DNA of 64,000 nt. Origin: a virus. The DNA lies in the IMG/VR virus record IMGVR_UViG_3300032053_011398; one strand, 5' to 3'. The position numbers and the translations under genes are program-made. Position 1 is the stretch's first letter. Every line of letters starts with the position of its first letter. Shown here piece after piece: positions 1 through 9,200 of this stretch. Below the pieces are notes generated by a model. The model did no database searches. It had not been told where the DNA came from and worked only from the letters and a program-made list of their open reading frames with translations.

Positions 1-1150
1 TGGCCCCGAACCAGGAGCGCGGCATACCGATGATCGAGTAAAACAAGTCGGTCAACAGCTCGATGTCGTAAACATCGGGGATGTTCTGCGTGCCCTGGAG
101 CTTTTCGATGGTGTGCTCGAAGCCGGTTGGCTTGGCGACCCACAGGATCGTGTCCAGCGACCAGGCGTTGTAAAAAGCCTGGAAGCCCATCGGGTCGGTT
201 AGGTCGGAGGTCAGCCCCGTGCTGCCTTGGTTCTGGAGGCCGAAGGACAACTTGCTGCGGAGCGTCTGCTTCCACCGTTGCACGGTCTTCATCTGCTCCA
301 TCGGCGGCTGGTCTTTGGTGTCGATGTTGATGACATAGCGGTCGGGCTGAACCTGGGCGCGGTGAACGACCATCTGGTCGATGGCCAACCGGAGCTTTTT
401 GTAAATCCCCTGCGCCTCGTCGAAGATCGGCTCGCCATGTTCGCTGATGCGGAGGCGATACATGCGGCGGAAGTGGAGCATGTCCCAGGGATACCAAAGC
501 TCCTCGATGTTTTGTCCGTCGCTGATGGCCACGCGCTCAATAGGGGTCTTGTTGTCCGGGTGAACAAACGCGGCCTCTTTACTGGGCTTGTGACCCGTCC
601 AGCGAAAGCCTACGACCTTGCGGTTCCGTTCGAGCCAGTAGCGGCGAATATCCATCGGATGGATGAACGACATGCCCATCACGCCCTCGCCAGGGGCGTA
701 TTCCAACTTCTCAAAGTGATTGCCCAGGGCAGAAACGTAGTAAACTTGGGACGGCAGCAGTTCCTCAGCGTTGAGGTTAATGAGCATTCCATTCAAATCG
801 TCCTCAAACTCACGGTCGTTGCACTGATACCAGAGAGTGGCTGGGCTATTCTGGTCTTGCTGCGTAGCTTCGTCAACAATTTCCACTAGGGCGGCAGCCA
901 TCATGTCCCACCCTGCCATTTCATCCCACAATTGGAGCATCGCGTCGAACGTGACCGGACGGCGCATGTAGGCGTTGAACCTTGACCAGACATCGGGATT
1001 GGCGACGCGGCCAGCCTCCTGAAAATCCTTGAATAGCTCTTGATCTGCTGTGGGCGTGCCAGCACGCGGGACGAGGCTTCCGGTGGGCTGCCCGGATGTG
1101 CCGATCATCCCCAAATATTTTAGCAGGCTTGTCGCAGTCGTGTTTGCCAT
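1..1150 (-). CDS. Portal protein, T4 gp20-like (truncated at window edge)
   Basis: Not in the ORF track. Manual translation from ATG at 1150 gives MANTTATSLLKYLG...AAALVEIVDEAT...HGEPIFDEAQGIYKKLRLAIDQMVVHRAQVQPDRYVINID...IEKLQGTQNIPDVYDIE. This matches gp20 hallmarks (IYRxxRAPERRxFYID; IxTLPGxQNxxxxxDI). Confidence 0.85.
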   Translation of the reverse strand, partial: MANTTATSLLKYLGMIGTSGQPTGSLVPRAGTPTADQELFKDFQEAGRVANPDVWSRFNAYMRRPVTFDAMLQLWDEMAGWDMMAAALVEIVDEATQQDQNSPATLWYQCNDREFEDDLNGMLINLNAEELLPSQVYYVSALGNHFEKLEYAPGEGVMGMSFIHPMDIRRYWLERNRKVVGFRWTGHKPSKEAAFVHPDNKTPIERVAISDGQNIEELWYPWDMLHFRRMYRLRISEHGEPIFDEAQGIYKKLRLAIDQMVVHRAQVQPDRYVINIDTKDQPPMEQMKTVQRWKQTLRSKLSFGLQNQGSTGLTSDLTDPMGFQAFYNAWSLDTILWVAKPTGFEHTIEKLQGTQNIPDVYDIELLTDLFYSIIGMPRSWFGA

Positions 1151-1157
1151 ACGCTTT

Positions 1158-1164
1158 TAACTAC
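1158..1164 (-). promoter_or_regulatory. Putative late-promoter element GTAGTTA upstream of portal
   Basis: GTAGTTA-AAAGCGT-ATG. The same motif precedes many structural genes. Confidence 0.6.
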
Positions 1165-1210
1165 CGAAAAGAACGGGAACCCTTGCTAACGATTCCGTTC
1201 TATCGAGCGT

Positions 1211-1423
1211 ATGGCTGAAAAAAAGCTCAAAGAATACATCGTGTCGTTTAGGATTCCGAAGGACCAGGCAACTATCGTGAGCAAAATGCTGGTCGATCAA
1301 CCAATCTTGGGTGTGAAGTCCGTCAATCAGTTTTTCCGCAAGATTGGCCGTGACCATCTGGCGGGAAGGCTGGCATACAAGAACCCTGAGCACGCGAGCA
1401 CTGACACGGACATTATGGACTAA
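1211..1423 (+). CDS. Small putative ribbon-helix-helix DNA-binding protein
   Basis: 70 aa. IVSFRIPKDQATIVSKM...SVNQFFRKI has the beta-strand plus two helices pattern of Arc/CopG. Preceded by the CGTTCT motif. Confidence 0.55.
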   Translation: MAEKKLKEYIVSFRIPKDQATIVSKMLVDQPILGVKSVNQFFRKIGRDHLAGRLAYKNPEHASTDTDIMD

Positions 1424-1740
1424 ACTCTCTGCGCCTTCTGCGTCAAAGGGTTAAGCTCAAAATGAACGTCCAACTCGAACGTCGAAGTGCTCTCATGATC
1501 GGCAACGCGGCACGGTATCCGCACCGTGATCTTGTCTGCGTCAATCTTTTCAACCACTGCCAGTTCCACGCTTAGCGGCTCGTCCTGTTCCTTGATCGCC
1601 TCCAGCAACGCCTCCCGAAAACAACCAGCCCGGCACTCAGACTGAATCCACGCCGACAGCGGAGGCTTGGGAGAACGGTCATCCTCGATGTAAGTGCCTG
1701 CAATCCTTCGGGCAATCTCGGATGGAGTCACACTCATCAA
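1420..1740 (-). CDS. Hypothetical protein
   Basis: 106-aa ORF, translationally coupled to the upstream gene. Confidence 0.6.
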   Translation of the reverse strand: MMSVTPSEIARRIAGTYIEDDRSPKPPLSAWIQSECRAGCFREALLEAIKEQDEPLSVELAVVEKIDADKITVRIPCRVADHESTSTFELDVHFELNPLTQKAQRV

Positions 1741-2168
1741 AAAGCGTAGTCGTATTCCTCGCCAGGAAAGTCCTCCGGCTTCAGCTCAAGTTGAATACCG
1801 GTGCGGGCTTGGCCGTCCTTCACGAACCGAAAGAGTTTAGGCTCTCGCGGAGCGGCAATTAGCCGAAGGAGCGGCGTAATCACTTCCTGGGGAAGACGGC
1901 GGAAGGAGAGCTGGACAATGACCTCATCGGTGGGCGCTTCGGGCTTTTCCCGTTCCTCAGCCTCGTTGAACACGCCGTCTTCCACCTGGTCATCGGTATT
2001 ACTTTCGATTCCAGGCTTGAAAACAGCCACGTCCGCCAGATTGGCCATCAAAGCTTGTTGCGAGTGAAGACGGAGCATAAGCCGATTGACATAGACCGAA
2101 ATTTTCTTGTCGATACTCGCGTCCGCCAGCTTTTCGACCAACAATATGGCCAGTTCTTTGTAGGTCAT
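1737..2168 (-). CDS. Hypothetical acidic protein (possible virion/head protein)
   Basis: 143 aa, preceded by GTAGTTA (2173-2179). N-terminal ILLVE motif. Confidence 0.6.
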   Translation of the reverse strand: MTYKELAILLVEKLADASIDKKISVYVNRLMLRLHSQQALMANLADVAVFKPGIESNTDDQVEDGVFNEAEEREKPEAPTDEVIVQLSFRRLPQEVITPLLRLIAAPREPKLFRFVKDGQARTGIQLELKPEDFPGEEYDYAF

Positions 2169-2371
2169 GCTCTAACTACGTCCTGCAAGTCGAACTTGTT
2201 GCGCGGGCAAAAATACTCACCAAGGGCTTGGGTCACGACCTGGCGGAGCCACTTACGATCCAACTTTGGACGAATCGGCAGCCACGAGGGGACTTCGGCA
2301 GTGACCTCGCACACCATCCATCCGTTCACTTTTAAGCAGTAGAGCCGCACAACAATAACTCGCACACTCAA
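2165..2371 (-). CDS. Hypothetical protein (start may be GTG 2365)
   Basis: 68-aa ORF overlapping the next gene by 4 nt. CGTTCT motif upstream. Confidence 0.45.
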   Translation of the reverse strand: MSVRVIVVRLYCLKVNGWMVCEVTAEVPSWLPIRPKLDRKWLRQVVTQALGEYFCPRNKFDLQDVVRA

Positions 2372-2469
2372 CAGAACGGAACAGAAAGCAGCGCCGAGTC
2401 GCGCCTAAGCGCATTATGGATCAATTTGTCACTACTATTAACTTGCTGGATTTGGTTCTATACGGCGGT

Positions 2470-3030
2470 ATGCCAGCACGGATTGAACGCAAGTCCGGCG
2501 ACCACAATGGGCGCTTAACCCTGGTCAAAGAGTCGGAACCCGACCGCTGGGGCGGTCGGCAGTTCCTTTTCAAATGCGATTGTGGCAGTGAAGTCGTTGC
2601 CCGGTGGGGGATTACGAGGAGCTGCGGGTGCCTCCAGCGAGAAACGACAATTCACATCACCAACTATAAAAAGCGTCTTGGTTGTGGCGAAGCCTGCTTG
2701 AACTTTGTTTACAACCGCTATCTCATGCGGGCACGGAACAAATGCCTTGAGTTCGTCATCAGCAAGGCCCAGTTTTTGGCACTGACTCAGCAGGCGTGCC
2801 ACTATTGCGGGTGTCCTCCCAGCAATATCGAGACAAAATACCACGATGCCTACGGCACGTTCACGTATAACGGTCTTGACCGGGTTGATCCCAAACGCGG
2901 CTACCTGCTGAGCAACGTGGTGCCGTGCTGCCGAATCTGCAACGTGGCTAAATCTATCATGACAAAAGAGGAGTTCATCGCTTGGATTGAACGTGTTCAT
3001 AATCATCAATATGCGTGCCTTAGTGTATAG
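2470..3030 (+). CDS. HNH homing endonuclease
   Basis: CDCG...SCGCL N-terminus, then CHYCG...YNGLDRVDPKRGY...NVVPCCRICNVAK. Start placed at ATG 2470 after the GGTTCT motif. Confidence 0.85.
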   Translation: MPARIERKSGDHNGRLTLVKESEPDRWGGRQFLFKCDCGSEVVARWGITRSCGCLQRETTIHITNYKKRLGCGEACLNFVYNRYLMRARNKCLEFVISKAQFLALTQQACHYCGCPPSNIETKYHDAYGTFTYNGLDRVDPKRGYLLSNVVPCCRICNVAKSIMTKEEFIAWIERVHNHQYACLSV

Positions 3031-4045
3031 CGATTTACAGGCGACGGACGGCCACGAACGCTGTTTTGCGGACCCTAGCCGATCTCTCCAACTCTGGAGA
3101 ATAGACCGGTTTTTCAAAGAACTGAAACGGATATACCGCGAGCAAAAATGTGACGCCCTCTTTGATCTCGGTGATACTACGGACGACAGAAGCGCAATTC
3201 CGGTGCCAGTTATTGACCTTTTATGCGATCACTTGAAGGAATTTAAAGGGGAATGGAATCTAAAATTAGTGGGCAACCATGAGCAATGGTTACGCTCGCC
3301 AAAAATCCACGCCGGGAAGATGTTCCGGGCCTTTTTCCACGTCGTGGACGGCTGCGAGGCCGTTCCGTGCGGAAACGTAAACATTTTGTGCATTAGCTAT
3401 CACGACGACGAACGCTCGATCACGGATTTCTTGCGGCTGAACCGGCCCAAAAGACCTGCGCTGCTCCTCGGCCACTTCCAGGTCGCCGGGTGCCAGATGC
3501 CTGCGGGCACGGCGGCAGGCGGTTTCTCCAGGGGAGCACTAGATTTTGTAAACATTGGCCTGCTTGGACATATCCATAAGCCGCAAGCCCTCGGCAAGCT
3601 TCATTACGTCGGCTCCCCCTTCCAGCAGGATTGGGGCGAGTCCGGGGAAGCCAAGCGCGTGGCCATTGTGGACATCCAGGGAGGCCGGATAGACGTGTCC
3701 TGGGTGCCCCTGGAGGGCTTCCCGGCCTATCGTCAAGTGTCGCTCGACGATTTCCTGGTCAGCGTCAAGGCGGACTCGGAGGATCGCTACAAGGTCGTCT
3801 TGAAGGACATCGCGGAGGCTGAGCGGTATTATGCCCATCCCCTGGCTAACCGCGCCGACGAGGCCATCTACGACTTCGAGATGACCGTCGCGGGGAACAA
3901 AGAAGGGGAAGTGGGCAACCAGCCGATCCCGCGTTCCAAGCAGGACATCATGCTCCGATACTTAAAGCAAAATCCGCCGCAGAACGTGGGAATCGTCCTG
4001 GAAGACGATGCCATGCTGGCCTACGGGGATCAGATTTCTAAATAA
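3011..4045 (+). CDS. Mre11/SbcD-like metallophosphoesterase nuclease (T4 gp47-like)
   Basis: Motifs SDLQ, LGD, GNHE, GH, LGHIH and YVGSPFQQDWGE. Confidence 0.85.
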   Translation: MRALVYSDLQATDGHERCFADPSRSLQLWRIDRFFKELKRIYREQKCDALFDLGDTTDDRSAIPVPVIDLLCDHLKEFKGEWNLKLVGNHEQWLRSPKIHAGKMFRAFFHVVDGCEAVPCGNVNILCISYHDDERSITDFLRLNRPKRPALLLGHFQVAGCQMPAGTAAGGFSRGALDFVNIGLLGHIHKPQALGKLHYVGSPFQQDWGESGEAKRVAIVDIQGGRIDVSWVPLEGFPAYRQVSLDDFLVSVKADSEDRYKVVLKDIAEAERYYAHPLANRADEAIYDFEMTVAGNKEGEVGNQPIPRSKQDIMLRYLKQNPPQNVGIVLEDDAMLAYGDQISK

Positions 4046-4119
4046 TCCGTTCTATTCGTTTGTGGTCAATGCGGGCACGGTCGGTGCGGATGCGTGGTGG
4101 TCAGTGCGGAGTCGGGCGC

Positions 4120-4365
4120 ATGAAAAAGCTATTACCACTCGTGCTGCTGGCGCTCACTGGGTGCGTGCCCCTGGGAAAGAGCACCCACCTGGTTCTCGGC
4201 CTCGGAGTGTTCCGCGTAAACAATACCAACCAGGTGACCGTGGTCAAAGCCAACACGCTGGGCGTTTACGCCGGGTCTGGCCGTGTAAACGTGGGCCTCT
4301 CCAGCGTTGTGGCGGCGAGCATCCCAACCAACAGCAGCACGATCCTGGAAATTAAAGGTAGGTAA
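4120..4365 (+). CDS. Putative lipoprotein
   Basis: MKKLLPLVLLALTG-C lipobox. Confidence 0.6.
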   Translation: MKKLLPLVLLALTGCVPLGKSTHLVLGLGVFRVNNTNQVTVVKANTLGVYAGSGRVNVGLSSVVAASIPTNSSTILEIKGR

Positions 4366-4370
4366 GTTGT

Positions 4371-4784
4371 ATGAGAAAGCTGCAAATTCTTTTCCTCGGC
4401 GCGGCTTTGGCACTCTGTGCCACGGGCTGCAAAAACCTGAACTCGGTCATCACCACGACCCAAACGGGCCTGGGCGTCAGCGTTTCGGAAAACCCATCCA
4501 CCCAGCTCTACGAGATACGCTTCGGGTATTTCAGGAGCGAGTTCGCTTTCGTCCCCGGCAATACCAACGACCCAGCCACGGTGCCCGACGTAATAATGGA
4601 GATTCGGATGGAGCACATCATCAAGGGTGGACTGGTTTACCAGCGCCTCGCAGTGGGCAAAAATGCCATTAGCCAGCCGGGGGCTTCTCTGATGTTCGCC
4701 AGGGACGCCAATGGCAACCTGAGCAGCAACGCAATTGATTTTATCACCCGCAAAGTGAACAACATCCCGGAAGCTCCGAAATGA
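4371..4784 (+). CDS. Putative lipoprotein
   Basis: MRKLQILFLGAALALCATG-C lipobox. Confidence 0.65.
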   Translation: MRKLQILFLGAALALCATGCKNLNSVITTTQTGLGVSVSENPSTQLYEIRFGYFRSEFAFVPGNTNDPATVPDVIMEIRMEHIIKGGLVYQRLAVGKNAISQPGASLMFARDANGNLSSNAIDFITRKVNNIPEAPK

Positions 4785-4936
4785 ACACACGAGTCTTCCG
4801 CATTGACATGGCGACGGTCACCGATCTGGCCAACAGCATCGTGGTCCTCTGCAACAAGCAGCTCACCGAGGGGTTCAATTTGGCTGCCTCCTTCGTCTGG
4901 CAGACCAATCTCGTGCTGATTTTCCAAAAGGTGTAA
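4781..4936 (+). CDS. Small hypothetical protein (51 aa)
   Basis: ATGA overlap with the preceding stop. Sequence MNTRVFRIDMATVTDLANSIVVLCNKQLTEGFNLAASFVWQTNLVLIFQKV. Below the ORF-track cutoff. Confidence 0.5.
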   Translation: MNTRVFRIDMATVTDLANSIVVLCNKQLTEGFNLAASFVWQTNLVLIFQKV

Positions 4937-5070
4937 ACAAATTCTATCCCATCGAAGCGCCTTAACTCTCAATAGTGTTAGGCATCTTAAAAAGTGCTCG
5001 CGTGGTTACTTGTGATTAAGGCACTCCAGGCCAAGCCGGGAGTGCAAAACGCAGCAAAAACACATAACCT

Positions 5071-5613
5071 ATGAATCAAGCAAGTTTAGTTCCCTTTGGA
5101 ACAGACGCAACCCGGCTTTCCGGCTACGCACAGACGGCTAACGAGCGCCTGGGCGCGGTGGATTTCATCTTTGAAAACACCGGCTCAATCGCGGCCTACA
5201 TCCGCGTCAAACAATATGTGGCTCCCACCACAACCCCATCCGGCTACGCTGACGTGACGCCACTTGGCATCGGCGCATACGTCGGGCCGGAAATCACGGT
5301 TGCCGCACGGGGTGCCGTGACCCGCAGCTACAACCTCCTGAGCAAGCGCATCGGCTTCTTCGGGTCGGGTGTCGCCGCAACAGTCAACGGCATCGTCGTT
5401 CGCTCGACCACTGTCAACATCACGGCTGTCCTCCGCAACAAGAGCGACATTCGTGGGGCACAGATCGACATCAGCCAGGTCAGTCGTCAGGGCTGGGGCT
5501 TCGACCCGGCCTTCAACACCCCGAATCTCACCAAGAAGTGGGGTTCCCTCGACGCCACAACCGGCCAGCTCAACCCGGACGGTCTCAATTACAACGAGCC
5601 TGCCGCATCGTAA
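5071..5613 (+). CDS. Putative virion structural protein (paralog of 23154 and 35278 ORFs)
   Basis: 180 aa, Gly/Thr/Ala-rich beta-type composition, followed by a terminator. Confidence 0.6.
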   Translation: MNQASLVPFGTDATRLSGYAQTANERLGAVDFIFENTGSIAAYIRVKQYVAPTTTPSGYADVTPLGIGAYVGPEITVAARGAVTRSYNLLSKRIGFFGSGVAATVNGIVVRSTTVNITAVLRNKSDIRGAQIDISQVSRQGWGFDPAFNTPNLTKKWGSLDATTGQLNPDGLNYNEPAAS

Positions 5614-5646
5614 GCTTTTCGCGGACAAAGGCAGTCATACAGTCGC

Positions 5647-5674
5647 AGGCCGGGCCGAATGGCTCGGCCTTTTT
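5647..5674 (+). terminator. Rho-independent terminator
   Basis: AGGCCGGGCC-GAAT-GGCTCGGCCT stem-loop followed by TTTT. Confidence 0.7.
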
Positions 5675-5686
5675 GTTCTTCCTGGC

Positions 5687-6295
5687 GTGAAGCAAATCGG
5701 TTTCATCGCCAACCAGGACGGGGCCGTCGTCAAATACGACCCCAGGATTCACGCTGTCCGCGAGCCTGCCCAGCCGCCGGGGCCGCTGACCCGGCACCAA
5801 CGGGCCACGCTCTATTTCAAGGCCCTTCGCGCCGCCAGCGCCCTGCTCCGCGAGGTTGGTTTCCAGACCGTAGCCGATGTGGGTCACTCCGGTTTCTGCA
5901 TCGAGATGGACCGGTTCATCCTGGAAATGATGGTTAAGGAGGCACCGCGCCTGGCCTATGTCACCAGCTATCCAGGCTACGTGTATGACCCACAGAATGT
6001 TACGGCCAGGGTCGAAATGGCTTCCTGCCCTACGGATAGCAACGATTACGTGATCCAGGTCGTCGCTTCGTATCCCAGAGGCACCTTTGCGCCGCGCTAT
6101 GTAATGATCCGCCAGAACTCCCCAGATGTGCTCAGGGAGGCATTCATGGGTATTCTGGCAGTGGCACGGACCTTCATCAGCAAAGACCCTCACTTGATGG
6201 CTAAAATTCAGGCCGCGCTGGCGAGGCGCGATCTGGAGAAAGACTTGGACCGGCTGAGCCGGGAGGACGCCCGGCAACTGCCGCCTATGGTATAG
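5687..6295 (+). CDS. Hypothetical protein
   Basis: Likely start GTG 5687 (VKQIGF...), after the terminator and a TGTTCT motif. In frame with track ORF 5369..6295. Confidence 0.55.
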   Translation: MKQIGFIANQDGAVVKYDPRIHAVREPAQPPGPLTRHQRATLYFKALRAASALLREVGFQTVADVGHSGFCIEMDRFILEMMVKEAPRLAYVTSYPGYVYDPQNVTARVEMASCPTDSNDYVIQVVASYPRGTFAPRYVMIRQNSPDVLREAFMGILAVARTFISKDPHLMAKIQAALARRDLEKDLDRLSREDARQLPPMV

Positions 6296-9200
6296 AGATG
6301 GCCAAGTTGCAACCCACGGCACGGCCCAGCGGCCCATCAAGGCTGGTGTTCAGCATAGTGTAGTTGCCGTTCATCTTGACCACCAATGACGAGCTGCCGC
6401 CGCCATCGAGATTGAGCGCGTTATAGACGGCGTAGTTCCGCATCAAAATGTCCACGATGTCACCCACGGCCATGCCGCCGTTGCCTCCCAACGATCCGCT
6501 CACACCTTCGGCCACACAGACGACCAGGGTGCTTCTGTCGCTCTTCACGCCAACAACGGTGCGGGCACGCTTGAGGTTATACCACGAGTTGCTGTTCGAG
6601 TAGCCGCTCATGGCGGTGAGCTGGTTCGTGCCTGATCCATAGATCGGAATGGTTTTGACGCCGTTCGTAACGACCTGGGCGCTGCCCGCAACGCCATTCC
6701 ACAAGGCCACGCCCTCCAGGACGTGTTTGTTGTCCACGTAGGCTCCGTCGCGGTGGACGACCGTGGCCATGCCGCTGACGCCGATGTTTAGCGCCGGGGC
6801 ATACGGCAGGATCGCGTAGCTCTGATTGGCGTAGCCAATACCGATAGGCTGAGGCTCGAAGGGCGAGAAAACGATGCCTGACGACGCCACAAATCCAACA
6901 TCCGCCGCGTTCGGGCTGGCAGACGGGAAGGGCAGGAAGAAGTTGCCATTGAAGGCCAGGTCAGCGCCCACGCTGGCAGCAAAGTCAAGGGTCGTCTGTC
7001 GAACCGTATCCCGCGAGCCGCCAGGGCTGGTGACGAAGGTGCTGGAATTTATGAGATTGACCACAGCTACGAACATGCGCGTGCCGTCCGGCATCACCAG
7101 CATATCCACGTAAATGTGGTCGTTGACGGACATCCGGCTGCCGATGTTCCAGGGCAAAATGTTGTAGGCCCCGCCAGGCACGGTGCCAGCCCAGGTGTAA
7201 AGATCGGCATAGACCAGTGCGACGGGCCGATTCGGGATCGGCGGAGCGGCTACGACCAGACGGTTGCCGTTGTTTGCAATATAGGCGGAAGGCCAGCGAT
7301 AGGTGAAGGCCGAGTCCACCACCCGAAGGCTGTTGCGTTCGACCTCCGGCACCCGGTTAGTTGGCAGCGGGTCTCCGTATCGCACCAAACTTTGGTAGGA
7401 ATTGGCCGCGAAGATGGGTGCCAACTCTCCCTGTTCGGCCAGCCACACATCGAGATCGCCGTTTCCACCGGCATCTTCGCGCCCGGAATAGAGCTTGAAG
7501 ACCAGCGGGCCGACCAACGGGGTGTTGCTGCCATACCAAACGCAGGGAAACGGCAATGCCGGGACTGAATCGGTGATACCTCTGGCTCGCACCAGGGCGT
7601 ATTCCACGCCGCTCGCTTTAACTGTCAGGATGCTGTCGGGATTAACCTCGGTCATGGACACATCGGCGGGCAGCGTTCCGTAGAAGGCATACTCACTGCG
7701 ATTCGTCAGGCCGGTGAAACCTACGGCGCGGATTGGTGTCGGGGCCGTAGGATAAAGCGTGCCGGTCGCGTAGAGGCGAGGCCGGGGCACCCAGGGCTTC
7801 CAGGAGATGTGAATAGTCGCTCTCTTGGCATACATCCTGAAGTTGATCTGATCGCCTGCCCTCACGTCCATCTTCGTGACGAACGTGCCCAAGCGCATTG
7901 GGAATCGGGTTGGAACCCCGGCGCGATAGCGGATGAGTTGCTTGTCGTTGCTGCTCACCGAAACGATGAACTCCAGAGTGCCACTGCCAGGAACCACCAA
8001 AACCGGCTGCTCGACGACATTCTTGCTGACGATAACCGTTGCGTGGCCTTCGATCAAACCAGCCGCGCCGTCGTCGTAAGTTTGCGGCACGACACCTTGG
8101 AACGGAACTCCCGTGTCCATGTGGTTCATGTAAACGTCCACGTCGCGCTGGGTCTCGTGGTCGCGGTAACGCACAACCATGCCGCCCGTGGCGGAGCCGG
8201 TGCAGAAGGAGTCCTGGCAGTCATAGACCACATCCACTTCGTCGCGCCCGACCAGGCTGTAGCCGGTTGTGTAAGCTAGGCTGCCCGCGTTGCCGTAGCA
8301 GGTGCCGTTGTAGGCCACGTAGCCGGGAGGAATTGTCGTGCTGGGATAGGGAATGACCAGTGGATTGCTGGTGCCGTTGCAGGCCAGGAAGGCATAAGCC
8401 ACACCGCAGTAGCTCCCGTTCGTGTAGGCCACAAAAGGATCATAGGCGGGCAGGATGCCATCAGTGCCGACCCACTCCAAAGTGATGCACGGATTGCAGT
8501 AACAGCGCGTTACCTGGTCAGCGGGGGCCACGTAAGGAGCCGGATTATAGAGCGGCTGGAGGACATGGAGCTTAGTAGCCCCATTGTATTCGCCGTAGCA
8601 GAACAGGCCCGCTGGCACGCATTTTGGGTCGTAGCAGGCGATGATGTCAGCGACCAGTGGGTAGATGGTGCCGGAAGCGTCCACGGTGTAGGTGCCGTTG
8701 GCGCTAGCCGTCGTAGTGCCCATCATGGCGACCAACGGGCCGACGTTGTGATAGCACGCGCCGTCAAAACGGGCGAATGGACCTGAAACCATCGAGTAAA
8801 CCGTGCCTTGCAGCTCGGCTGGATCGGGCCGGGTAACTCCAACCGGCCAGGAGACGAGATCGGCCCCACTCTCGTCGAGGTTGACGATGCCAACAATGCC
8901 GTTGTCAATGAACTCAGCGTCGGAAATGTCAACATTTGCCTCTGCGATTTTGAGGTAGGTTTGGAGGTCAGGGCTGAAAGCATCCGCCATAACCGGCACC
9001 GCGACCGAACGAGTGCTGTAACCGCCTGCGGTGAGCAGGTTCACGCTGATGACTGTCCCCGCATTCACATAGCCATTGGCCAAGTAGATGGCGACCTTGC
9101 CCCAAACCCGGCGAGGACGCTGGATGATCGTGGGGTAGGCGGGCATCATGAATGAAATTGTGAACGGACGCGATTCCTCGATGGCATAGGTCGAGTGGGC

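Noticed and set aside
1176-1201. ECF-type GGAAC...CGTT bipartite promoter
   Set aside because: GGAAC is seen at only this CGTTCT site and the spacing is short, so no shared -35 element is supported.
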